DNA of 64,000 nt from a virus, in IMG/VR virus record IMGVR_UViG_3300011977_000001; one strand, given 5' to 3'. Position 1 is the first letter of the stretch. Every line of letters begins with the position of its first letter. Positions 49,648 to 58,965 of this stretch are shown piece by piece. Below the pieces are notes generated by a model. That model searched no databases and had not been told where the DNA came from. It saw nothing but the letters and a program-made list of their open reading frames with translations. The position numbers and the translations under genes were made by a program.

Positions 49648-50901
49648 TTATCGATAAAGCACAAATACTTCGCCAGGATAGATTTTGTCGATATTTCCAC
49701 CACTCCACTTATTCAATGTTGCAGCATTGTTCCTCTTGAACTTGCTGAAGTCAGCCGTTGTTGGGTAACGTCCTAAGAATTTTCTCAGGATCCCTGTTAC
49801 GGTGTCTCCGCTCTTTACCTTGTATTTGACTCCCTTGCCTTTGTTCGAGTTCTTTTTCTTTGAGGTCTTTTTGCTAGACTTCTTTGCGGACGGTCCTGTA
49901 ATTCCTGTTGCACTGCAGGTCTCTATATCCATCTCCTGCTTATCGGCATTGTGTTCTATATCCGTGATGATCTGGTATCCGTGGAACGTATCGGTTTTGA
50001 GGTATATCCGATCTCCCCTTTTCACCATCGGAATGTCAATGCAGGTGATCGTTCCGGTCTTCTTCGGTTTCGACTTCTCTTTCAGAATATAATTTGCCTC
50101 TTTCGTGGCCTTTTTCTTAGAAGTCTTTTTATCCTTGCTGATTTCATCTTGCAGCCGGCCATAGATTTTTACATTTTTCTTGACCGTCTTAACGATTTTC
50201 GGCTTTCCGCTTTTCGATGCCGGTCCCTGGATAACGACCTGAGTCACGACTTCATCCATCGTGGTTTCCATCTCGACTTTTACGGCGTTTTCCTTCTTCT
50301 TGATGTTGTAAATTGTGGCATTTGTACCGGTTCCGGTTACATGAAGCGTATTGCCTTTGAAGTAAATTTCGTACTTCTTCCCGGTCTGCTTCTTTACTTC
50401 ATCCAAAAAGTCCAGGAAAGTATCTGACAGGCACTTTGACCGGATTGCCCGTTTGTCGTGTTTGATCGATTTGTAATTGTAGGAAAGTCCGATTCCCCAC
50501 TTCTTACACATCTTCTTGAAGATACTCTTTGTCTGTCCGCCCAGATACCATGATGCCTTGCTCTTCTGCAAATAGATAGCGTAGTCGTAAATCAGAATCT
50601 GAAGAACATTTTCATCTGACTCAGATATTTTTACTGTCCATACCAGGCCCCTCATCTTTTCTTTCGGCCCGGAGCCCACATTGTAATAAACGTAGGCTTT
50701 GCAGTTGACTTTGATAATGTCACTTAGATATTTGCTTCCAACCATCAGGTTCACTAGATCCACCTGGCACTTCTGAGCGATCTGCTTATCTGGCTGCGCT
50801 ACACTGCAATTCATCATTGCATTATCGAGCTTGTAGATTCTTCCACCTGACACCACTTTTACGGTGTATCGTGGGTCTAACATACTTGCCATCAGGCCCA
50901 C
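49648..50901 (-). CDS. XkdQ-like baseplate hub protein with C-terminal LysM
   Basis: 417 aa; C-terminus YKVKSGDTVTGILRKFLG...IYPGEVFVLY LysM. Confidence 0.65.
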   Translation of the reverse strand: MGLMASMLDPRYTVKVVSGGRIYKLDNAMMNCSVAQPDKQIAQKCQVDLVNLMVGSKYLSDIIKVNCKAYVYYNVGSGPKEKMRGLVWTVKISESDENVLQILIYDYAIYLQKSKASWYLGGQTKSIFKKMCKKWGIGLSYNYKSIKHDKRAIRSKCLSDTFLDFLDEVKKQTGKKYEIYFKGNTLHVTGTGTNATIYNIKKKENAVKVEMETTMDEVVTQVVIQGPASKSGKPKIVKTVKKNVKIYGRLQDEISKDKKTSKKKATKEANYILKEKSKPKKTGTITCIDIPMVKRGDRIYLKTDTFHGYQIITDIEHNADKQEMDIETCSATGITGPSAKKSSKKTSKKKNSNKGKGVKYKVKSGDTVTGILRKFLGRYPTTADFSKFKRNNAATLNKWSGGNIDKIYPGEVFVLYR

Positions 50902-50905
50902 CTCC

Positions 50906-52138
50906 TCACCATCTCAGCTTTGCGTTCTTTTTTAGTTTGCAGGTCTTCTTTCTTCCAAAATTTCCTGCTTTATTCAATGCCTTCTTGTTCTTCTTATAAA
51001 GCGTTTTCCATTTCGAACCATCCTTATAGACGATCTTTGCAAGCTGATAAAGCGTCTGTCCTTTTTTACCTGGATACGGATTAGGCGTTTGCTTCGCAGC
51101 TCTGTGATTCCTGGACCTTGATTTCTGTGAAGTTATGCTAGGAAGTCTGGATGATAACCACTCAATGTCGTAAGTGTAATCACCCATAGGTCCTTTCTTA
51201 TAATTGAATGAGCTCACGTACACATTGCTGCTGAGCATACCATCGATTGTCAGTTTGACCGGCGTTTTATTCACCCGAAACGACTCAATGTTGTTAATGA
51301 TCTCATTCGGAGGAATGAAAGATTCCTCTTGGACCATGAATCCAAGTGGCTGCCAATATGCCGGCAATCTTCCTTCCCATGAGATTTTCTCCTGTTCTTG
51401 CCCATTCGGTATCTGGATTTCTCCCAGCCCGATGATCGTATGCTTTGCGAAAAGCATTGTCGTTTCGACCTTTACCTCAGGCGGTGATACTGGAAAAGGA
51501 AACTTATTGATAACACCGCCTTCAACATGAATCCAGTTAATTCCTGCTTTCGGGTTATAGGTTATGATCCCACTCGGGATCTTTCTTCTGGCTGCTGCCT
51601 CGGCTACGATCTGTGCATCATTCTTTGCGGCCTGCCTCTGAAATGCAGCTCTGATCTTTTGCGCCTTTTTTATCAGTCTCCTTGCTTCAGCTCTCAGGTC
51701 GTTCGCCTGATTCATCGCTTTTGTCCGTCTGGCCTTTGACATCTTTTTCGCCTGGCGAGACATTTCTTCGGCTTGTGCCATTAACGTATCTGCCTGAGTC
51801 ATGTAGGAAATAGCCTGTTTGCTCACATTGTTCCATGACCTTTCAAGCTCCTTCTGGAAACTTGTGTGAAGCACTTGCTTGGAAATGTCTGCGGCCGCTT
51901 TCGCTGCCTTTTTTTGGGCAACCATGATCGGAGTTTTTTTATTTTTCTGAGCGGCTGCGTTTCGTTTAATCTCTCGCTCTTCTCTCCGTTCCTCCTTACC
52001 ATGAGCTCGCATAATAGGATTTTCTATGACCTTCTGAACGGAGGCAGTTCTACGCTTTTTGGCTATTTCTGCCTTCCGCTGCCTGCGATACGCAGTCTGT
52101 ATAGTTTTGCCATTGCCTGCTTTGGCCATTGTAATCAC
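50906..52138 (-). CDS. XkdP-like LysM-domain tail protein
   Basis: Lys/Ala-rich N-terminus; C-terminal KKGQTLYQLAKIVYKDGSKWKTLYKKNKKAL LysM-like. Confidence 0.6.
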   Translation of the reverse strand: MITMAKAGNGKTIQTAYRRQRKAEIAKKRRTASVQKVIENPIMRAHGKEERREEREIKRNAAAQKNKKTPIMVAQKKAAKAAADISKQVLHTSFQKELERSWNNVSKQAISYMTQADTLMAQAEEMSRQAKKMSKARRTKAMNQANDLRAEARRLIKKAQKIRAAFQRQAAKNDAQIVAEAAARRKIPSGIITYNPKAGINWIHVEGGVINKFPFPVSPPEVKVETTMLFAKHTIIGLGEIQIPNGQEQEKISWEGRLPAYWQPLGFMVQEESFIPPNEIINNIESFRVNKTPVKLTIDGMLSSNVYVSSFNYKKGPMGDYTYDIEWLSSRLPSITSQKSRSRNHRAAKQTPNPYPGKKGQTLYQLAKIVYKDGSKWKTLYKKNKKALNKAGNFGRKKTCKLKKNAKLRW

Positions 52139-52144
52139 CTCCTA

Positions 52145-55100
52145 TTAGCCTGCTGCATACGGTGTGTTCTCATATGCCTGTTCAAGCGCATCTGCCAGGG
52201 CATTCGTAACGATCTCTGTAATCTCCGATGCTCTGCTCTGGACCTGAGATACAACGTCTCCTCCATTTCCATTGATCTGGAATGAGATATTTCCGACTGA
52301 AACGCTCCCGTTTCCTCCGGACTTTGGCTTAGCGTCCGAATTGCCGTTTTCACCATCACTCTTGCTACTCGGCAGCATTCCTCCAACCACGCCGCCGTTT
52401 GCGTGCTTCGAAATTCCCAGTGCGTCCTCTGTCTGAGACAGAAGTTCGAGTGCTCTGGACCTTCTATGCGGTGCGAACGGGATGATCATCTCCGGGTATC
52501 CTTCATCTCCTACCCATGTAAGTTCTGCAGAATCTACCAAACCACCATTCGCTTTCTTCTGCACGCCGCCGACCGTGACAGTTGCAGAACCGGTTCCTCC
52601 GCTTGTAGCTGCTACCGTTGCGGATGCGCTCTGTACATTCAGCTGCGGAACAACCGTAACTGGTACATACACAGTTCCTGCCGCCTGTGCATTAACCGGT
52701 ACCGTTGCGGATACCGGGGTTTCTGCTGCTGCTCTCATTGCTTCAGATACGGAAGTTGCATCGATCATACCAGGTACTCCAGTTGCGTCTACGACCGGAT
52801 TTGCGGTTGTAGTTGTTGAAGATGCCTGAGCAGCCACACTTGCTGCTGCTGACACGGTATCTGCCACTCCTGAAACTCCGCTTGTTACAGTCGGCTGAAG
52901 GGTCATATTGACTGGTTTGTCCACGTTTACAGGTTCACCGGCTGATTCCTGAACGGTGCTTTGAAGCTGTGTATTGTCTACACTTCCAGGTGTCAACTGC
53001 TGATTGACTACTACCTGCTGCGTTGTTTCAGCCGGTGCCACCGTTGTTCCGACTCCAACCATCGTTTCCGGTGCTACTGCTGCCGGCGTTGATTCTTTTA
53101 CAGTTGCTCCGGATGTCGGTGCTTCTGCTGCCTGTGCTGTAATTCCGAATCCAGGTAGTGTAAACCCACTCCACCATCCTTCCAGTCCGGTAACAATGCT
53201 TGACCAGAAACTTTCTTTCATTCCACTAGAAGACGAACTCGGAGCTTTTACTTCCCCACCGGAACCAACACCGACAAGAAGCTGATCTGCCGTTCCGTTT
53301 CCGCCTGCAGAAGTCGTTTTCCCATTTGCCATATCAATGTACTGCTGAAGCTCTGATGTTGCATCTGGGAGCTTACTTGCTTCTTCTTTTGTAAGCGTAT
53401 TGCTTTCTGCCTCTTTAAGTTTTGCATTCACTTCATCGGCGTGTTTTATTAAACCATCCGTATATTCGTCACTGACCTGAGGTATATTTAGAGCCTTTTC
53501 TATCTTTTGTCCTGCTTTTCCAAAGAATCCAACCACTGCCTGTCCAAAGGTCTCAGGTTTTGATGAAATCGTTCTTCCGTTTGAAAGCGTTCCATTTTCG
53601 CCATAGCGAGTCTCAATCATCTCCTGTTTCTTATCGTTCTGGACCGCTCCTGCCCCAGGTTTCTGGTTATTAAGGCCAACTTTTGATCTAATGTTCGCTT
53701 CCATTGTTCCAACATGAGACTTGTTATGCAGCTTATCCTCAGCGCCGTAAATATCTTCCGGTGTATTTTCAACCCACGGCTTCCCGGTAAGGTAATTCGT
53801 CCCAAATGTATGAATACCATTCCCAGTCGGGAGCTCTTTCTTTCCTCCTAATTTTGGCTTTTTCTTCTTTGTTGACTTAATCTGAGGAGAACCAGGTGTG
53901 AACCCTTCTTCAGTTGTTTCACCAGATTTTCCTCCCGAAATTGTGAACTTTTCCCCTGGGAATATCAGGTTAATATCTCCACCACTATATTTATCGAGCA
54001 CTTTCTGGTTTGCTGTCTGGAAGTTCTGAATATCTTCCTTTGTAGGCTCATGTCCCAGCAACTGCCTCAAAATTCCAATAACCGTGTCACCATGCTTTAC
54101 CTCATATTCCTGAGTCTTATCCGTAGTGCCGGTTTTTTCTGATTCTTTTTTGCTAAATTCGTGAGTTGCCTGTTTCTGCAGACCTTTGTATTCCTGGTCA
54201 GTCGTATCTGTCATTGCAAACTTCAATGCTTCTGTGAATGCCTGCTCAACATTTTCATTTCTGAAATAATGATCAGTATCACTCAGGATCTTTCCAACCA
54301 TGTCAACAGCTTCATCGTGATATTGGGAATTTTCATCATTCACGTCCTGAATCAGTCTGAATGCCTGCTGCTGGACCATAGCGTTGCTATAGCCTGCTGC
54401 TGCCATAATTTCAATCCCGCTCTTATAGCTCTCCATCATGCTCTGCGGAACTTCCATTCCTTCGGTTTTCATCTGGTTTATCGAAGTCTTGACTTCATCG
54501 ACCCATCCTGCGATTGATGCTCCGTAATCCTGTGCTGATGCCTGAAGCCCAGAATACTGCTTATTCCGATTCAGCTGCAGATTCATTGCTTCGCCAATCG
54601 ACTGAGTTCCCGTTCCAACTGCCGTGAATGTAGTTGCATCGTTTTCCAGGTTACTCATAGCTTTGTACCATGAGTCTGCATTATTGATATAAGAGCCAAG
54701 GTCGCTGCCGAGTGCATCATCGATCATACCGTTCAGCTGCGACAGAGAATCCACACGTTCTCTTGACTGATTGATGAATGTTTGAATATCTGCATTCTTC
54801 GCAAGCTGTGCATATTCATCAGATCCAAGTCCAAAGGCTTTTGCATATCCTAATTTGGCATTCGTTGAAGCAGTCCGGTATTGTTCACTATTTGCCTCAT
54901 CCATCTGTTTGAACGCTTCGGACATTTTCTCTACACTATCTGCATCAAAATTGCCCATAGAAGACACGGAAGCCGCCTTCTGCATACTGCTCTGCATACT
55001 GGTGAACTCGCTAGCAAGCTGCGTAGAATCAGCCACAAACGGAGTCGCCTTTTTAGCGAACTCGTCAAGTGTAATATCGCCTTTAGTATAAGAATCGTAG

Positions 55101-57607
55101 AGGCCCTTTACTTCCTCCTGATTTTTTTCAAGTTTCTCTTTCGTTGACTTGAACTGCTTTGAATATTCAGCGTTTGCCTGTGCTTCCAGGTCTGCAACGT
55201 TGCCTCCCGCACTCTGGAATGTCCCAAAGTTTTCAAGCATTCCTGCACCATAGCTCATTACAGATGAAAGGGAATTATCCATCGCTGACATAACCTGCTG
55301 GCCGTAAGTATCAGCCTGCTCCTGAGTCAGTGAAATTCCGTTCTGCATCTGTGTATTCATCCCTTCAACATTCTGTGCCGAGGTATTTGCCTGGGTGAAA
55401 TAATTCTGTCCTTCAACGATCTGCGAATTACCATGTACGAACGCATTTTGAGTTCCGTACACTTTTTCTACTGCTGAATTTACCTGATCAGTCGTAATTG
55501 AAAGTGTTGCCATATGCCTCTGAGCATAATCCGTTGCTTTCGCATACTCATCAGTTCCTTTCGTCAGGCGCTCCAAGCTCTTATTTGTGTCTTCTGCGTG
55601 TCTCTTCAGCTCATTACCCATGAACAAACTGATAAGTCCACCAGTAGCAGCGCCAAACAGAGCTCCAAGCGGTCCTGCGACTGCGCCTGCTGCTGCTCCG
55701 ACACCTACCGCTCCGAGTCTTGACCAACCAGAAGTTTTTGTCGCTCTTTTCTGAATTTCTGTATTCTGTTTCGATGCAGTTACCAGGTCCTTAATTCCAC
55801 CTGCCACTGCCAATGCTGCGACTGAAAATGCTGCTGCGTTTGCTACTGGAATCCCTGCATGTGGTTTTGGTGCGGTCAAGAAGCGATCAATGTCATAGAT
55901 GTTGTCACCCTCATCTACTAACCCACCATGAGCTGTGCTAAGAGCACTCACACGTCCCAGTGCAGCTGCGTATCTTTCCATTCCAGTAGCTGCTGTTGTT
56001 ACGTTTGCTACACCACCGCCTGTAAAGATGTTTCCTAATCCCTTGCCGCCAAACAATCCACTGAGAGTTTTGATTCCGCCCATCAGGTTCTTTCCACCGA
56101 ACCCGAGCAGTAACCCGTTTAGAATTGAAGTTCCGCTTAATTTTCCATCAACAAGGGAACTAAATACGCTTTTAAGCGCATTTGCAATCGAATCAGCAAT
56201 CGCTTTTGCAACCCCGGAACCATCAAATCCGTGAAGGAATCCCTGTGCAAATCCAGCTCCGATTGTTGTAGCTTGATTTGCAAGCTCCATATCTCCAGAA
56301 TTTAATCCGAAGATTCCTTTCATGATCGTAGAAAGTCCGCTTCCGATGTCCTCTCCAAGAGCATTTGCCTTTCCGATAAACAGGTCATGTCCTTTTGTAT
56401 CCCACCACTTGCTTAACGGATCTCCGATAACAGTGTCCCATGCGATCTTGAATTTCCCAAGAAGGTCAGCATTCTGAAATTCCTGGCTATTCATGACTGA
56501 GTTAAGATCCTGGATTCGATCAACAAGCCCAGCAAAAGCCTTATCCATGAAAGCGATTGCCTGCGGTCTGATCTGCCCGACAAAATTTCCGAGTGTTTCT
56601 CCAACTTCTTTCAGCGGTCCCTTTACAGTGTTCAAGTCTGTCTTATAAGCAAGCAGGAACTCATGTGCCTGGCCGGCCAAAGACTTCTGATCGTCAGACG
56701 CACCGATCAATGCTTCGCCAATTTTTGCGTAAGCTGCATGAATGTTGTCGATAACACCGGTGATAGTTGCATCACCCATTGCCTGAGCTGCTCCGTGAAT
56801 GTTTTCTTCTACGGCTGCTTGCAGCTGGGTAATGCCAATTTCACCATTCTTCGCCATAGCGGTTATCTGGTCTTCAGTTGTTCCCATCGTTTTGGCGAGC
56901 CACTGATAAACTGGGAGACCTCTTTCAGCTAACCTTTGCAGAGTATCGTTCTGCGCTTTACCGGTAGTTACGACTGCATTCATGATATTTCCCATATCAC
57001 CCATCGAAGTACCAGCAATACCAGCCAGGTCTGCAATATCTACCAGATATTTTTCTAGGTCTTTACCAGGTTTCAGCCCTGCTGCAACTGCTGATGCTGC
57101 TGCTGTGACTGCCTCATCGAGTCCGTATGCAGTACCATTAACAGCTGCCAGCGCATTATTCGAGATTTCGGTGATCGCTTCCGCAGAGTTTCCAAGACCT
57201 TTCAGCTTTGCTTTTGCTTTATCAATGTTGACGACACGGGACCAGCCTCTTGTTAGCATTTCATTGCCAAGTCCTTTTAGCTGTCCAAGTACCATCTGAA
57301 GAGGCTGAGTGACTTTATCCAGTATTTCAATACCAAACTTGATTGTGCCAATCCCAGATAGAGTTTTAACCCCACGCATGATTGTATCTAGCTTTTTCGA
57401 TGCATTGTCCTGAATGTCAAAAGAAGCCTGCATCTTCCCACCGTTTGGCATGTCAAATAGTGGACTCCCATTCAGAGAGTTCATCATTTTGTTTACTCGC
57501 TGCAAAGATTCTTCCAGTCTGTCAAGGGCCTTAGCAGATGCCTCAATTTGTGGAGACATGTTGTCCTGATAATTTGTCCTTACATCGATGATGATTGTTT
57601 CAGCCAT
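52145..57607 (-). CDS. tail tape measure protein (1820 aa) with embedded LysM-like segment
   Basis: Length, Ala/Gly/Ser-rich helical repeats, position after the chaperone; YEVKHGDTVIGILRQLLG..IFPGEKFTI near 53.94-54.11 kb. Confidence 0.9.
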   Translation of the reverse strand: MAETIIIDVRTNYQDNMSPQIEASAKALDRLEESLQRVNKMMNSLNGSPLFDMPNGGKMQASFDIQDNASKKLDTIMRGVKTLSGIGTIKFGIEILDKVTQPLQMVLGQLKGLGNEMLTRGWSRVVNIDKAKAKLKGLGNSAEAITEISNNALAAVNGTAYGLDEAVTAAASAVAAGLKPGKDLEKYLVDIADLAGIAGTSMGDMGNIMNAVVTTGKAQNDTLQRLAERGLPVYQWLAKTMGTTEDQITAMAKNGEIGITQLQAAVEENIHGAAQAMGDATITGVIDNIHAAYAKIGEALIGASDDQKSLAGQAHEFLLAYKTDLNTVKGPLKEVGETLGNFVGQIRPQAIAFMDKAFAGLVDRIQDLNSVMNSQEFQNADLLGKFKIAWDTVIGDPLSKWWDTKGHDLFIGKANALGEDIGSGLSTIMKGIFGLNSGDMELANQATTIGAGFAQGFLHGFDGSGVAKAIADSIANALKSVFSSLVDGKLSGTSILNGLLLGFGGKNLMGGIKTLSGLFGGKGLGNIFTGGGVANVTTAATGMERYAAALGRVSALSTAHGGLVDEGDNIYDIDRFLTAPKPHAGIPVANAAAFSVAALAVAGGIKDLVTASKQNTEIQKRATKTSGWSRLGAVGVGAAAGAVAGPLGALFGAATGGLISLFMGNELKRHAEDTNKSLERLTKGTDEYAKATDYAQRHMATLSITTDQVNSAVEKVYGTQNAFVHGNSQIVEGQNYFTQANTSAQNVEGMNTQMQNGISLTQEQADTYGQQVMSAMDNSLSSVMSYGAGMLENFGTFQSAGGNVADLEAQANAEYSKQFKSTKEKLEKNQEEVKGLYDSYTKGDITLDEFAKKATPFVADSTQLASEFTSMQSSMQKAASVSSMGNFDADSVEKMSEAFKQMDEANSEQYRTASTNAKLGYAKAFGLGSDEYAQLAKNADIQTFINQSRERVDSLSQLNGMIDDALGSDLGSYINNADSWYKAMSNLENDATTFTAVGTGTQSIGEAMNLQLNRNKQYSGLQASAQDYGASIAGWVDEVKTSINQMKTEGMEVPQSMMESYKSGIEIMAAAGYSNAMVQQQAFRLIQDVNDENSQYHDEAVDMVGKILSDTDHYFRNENVEQAFTEALKFAMTDTTDQEYKGLQKQATHEFSKKESEKTGTTDKTQEYEVKHGDTVIGILRQLLGHEPTKEDIQNFQTANQKVLDKYSGGDINLIFPGEKFTISGGKSGETTEEGFTPGSPQIKSTKKKKPKLGGKKELPTGNGIHTFGTNYLTGKPWVENTPEDIYGAEDKLHNKSHVGTMEANIRSKVGLNNQKPGAGAVQNDKKQEMIETRYGENGTLSNGRTISSKPETFGQAVVGFFGKAGQKIEKALNIPQVSDEYTDGLIKHADEVNAKLKEAESNTLTKEEASKLPDATSELQQYIDMANGKTTSAGGNGTADQLLVGVGSGGEVKAPSSSSSGMKESFWSSIVTGLEGWWSGFTLPGFGITAQAAEAPTSGATVKESTPAAVAPETMVGVGTTVAPAETTQQVVVNQQLTPGSVDNTQLQSTVQESAGEPVNVDKPVNMTLQPTVTSGVSGVADTVSAAASVAAQASSTTTTANPVVDATGVPGMIDATSVSEAMRAAAETPVSATVPVNAQAAGTVYVPVTVVPQLNVQSASATVAATSGGTGSATVTVGGVQKKANGGLVDSAELTWVGDEGYPEMIIPFAPHRRSRALELLSQTEDALGISKHANGGVVGGMLPSSKSDGENGNSDAKPKSGGNGSVSVGNISFQINGNGGDVVSQVQSRASEITEIVTNALADALEQAYENTPYAAG

Positions 57608-57647
57608 GGTGCAAGTCTCCGCTCCTTTTCATCGAAATTTTGCACAA

Positions 57648-58351
57648 TCATAAGTGTTCATGTAGCTTATCCTCTAACGCTTTAAGGGTTGAGGCTATTA
57701 AAAAAGCACGTTCCCCTGGTGTTCGGGTAAAGAACCATGACGGCTCTTTACCCTGCCACTGCCAAATGTAGTGCAATACCGTTGCTAGGGAACTGTGCTC
57801 AATCAGTTTTTTGCGTAATCTGTGAGGTCAACGTCATATCCGGAAAGCTGATCGATTGCATCAGATACTGCGTTCTTCCATCCGCCCGGAAGAAGAATAT
57901 CGACTGCTTCCCATCCTTCGAAAAGGTCAAACTTCTTCTTGATCGCCGGGTTGTCCCAGATTTTCTCACGATCCTCATCGATCGTTGCCTCATAAATCTT
58001 ACGAGACTTGAACTGCGGCCAGTTGACTTCGGTCTCGATCTTCGGAAGATTCTTGCCGGCCGGGTTTCTTGCGTACTTTGCAGATGCCTTTCTAATCTGA
58101 AGCACTTCATCCTCCGAAAGAGGTCTGATCGTAAACTCAAAGAGGAATTTACCATCACGTTTGATCTCAATCTTCTGGCGGCTGGACTCGTCCTCCTTAT
58201 AGTCAGCTGCTTCAAGCAGGGACTTTACCAGGTCGTACTGCTTGTCCTCCACGTTCTCCGGAAGTCCGTTCTTATCAACAAACTCTTCTTCGAGCTCCTG
58301 GTCCTTCTGCTCCACGTTCTCATCTGCAACCGTAGTAGTCTTCTTATTCAT
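57648..58351 (-). CDS. tail assembly chaperone, predicted -1 frameshift product
   Basis: In-phase A_AAA_AAC heptamer (57812-57806). The -1 frame then stays open 52 codons (LIEHSSLATVLHYIWQWQGKEPSWFFTRTPGERAFLIASTLKALEDKLHEHL) to stop 57648-57650, filling the gap before the tape measure. Confidence 0.6.
57803..58351 (-). CDS. XkdN-like tail assembly chaperone (0-frame product)
   Basis: 182-aa acidic protein between tube and tape measure genes; ends GCA AAA AAC TGA. Confidence 0.7.
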   Translation of the reverse strand: MNKKTTTVADENVEQKDQELEEEFVDKNGLPENVEDKQYDLVKSLLEAADYKEDESSRQKIEIKRDGKFLFEFTIRPLSEDEVLQIRKASAKYARNPAGKNLPKIETEVNWPQFKSRKIYEATIDEDREKIWDNPAIKKKFDLFEGWEAVDILLPGGWKNAVSDAIDQLSGYDVDLTDYAKN

Positions 58352-58495
58352 TTTTTCTCCTTATAGACCAGGCCACCATCGTAGCCCGGCAAGCGGATTC
58401 TAACCGCTTCTGTATGTATGAACCTCAGTTTTTTATTTCGTTTATCTACATCCCCACTCTAAGAGCTGTGCTCAAAGAGCGGAGACGCTTTCTGG

Positions 58496-58951
58496 TTATA
58501 CCAGGCTTGCCAAGTAATCCGGTACGGAGTTGATTCTGAACGAGAACGATCTCTTCAGAATGTCTCCTGGTGTCAGGTTCATCAGGTCGATCGAACCGTC
58601 CGGTACGCAGCGCTTGAATGTCATTCTCTGCTTCTGTCCATCCGGTCTCTCGCAAACGCCAGCAAAATCGAATGTCGGGATCTTACCATCCTTGATTGCA
58701 TCGATGATCGGCTTTGCAACGTACTGATCAGAAATAACTGCCTCAGAGAAAGTCAGGGAGAAGGAAACTCCGGTCGGCACTGCGTAGCTCAGGATTGAGC
58801 CAACAGGCTGATAATCGGTATTGGAAATGCTAGCCTGGACCTGGAAAGTATCAACCTGTGCCATGAAGAAGTCGGTTCCATCTACGTTAATGTACATGAA
58901 ACCGTCCTTCCCACTCATGAGCTGTCTGGTATCAAGAATCTGTCTTGCCAT
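58496..58951 (-). CDS. tail tube protein (XkdM-like)
   Basis: 151 aa directly after the sheath gene; ..SGKDGFMYINVDGTDFFMAQVDTFQ.. pattern. Confidence 0.75.
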   Translation of the reverse strand: MARQILDTRQLMSGKDGFMYINVDGTDFFMAQVDTFQVQASISNTDYQPVGSILSYAVPTGVSFSLTFSEAVISDQYVAKPIIDAIKDGKIPTFDFAGVCERPDGQKQRMTFKRCVPDGSIDLMNLTPGDILKRSFSFRINSVPDYLASLV

Positions 58952-58965
58952 TTATACTTCCCTCC

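Noticed and set aside
52403-57299. Numerous plus-strand ORFs of 60-140 aa inside the tape measure gene (e.g. 52403..52819, 52482..52829, 56982..57299), and similar antisense ORFs inside most long minus-strand genes
   Set aside because: They are shadow ORFs of a long, repeat-rich coding region. They have low-complexity Ser/Cys/Pro-rich translations, no RBS, and complete overlap with a far better gene.
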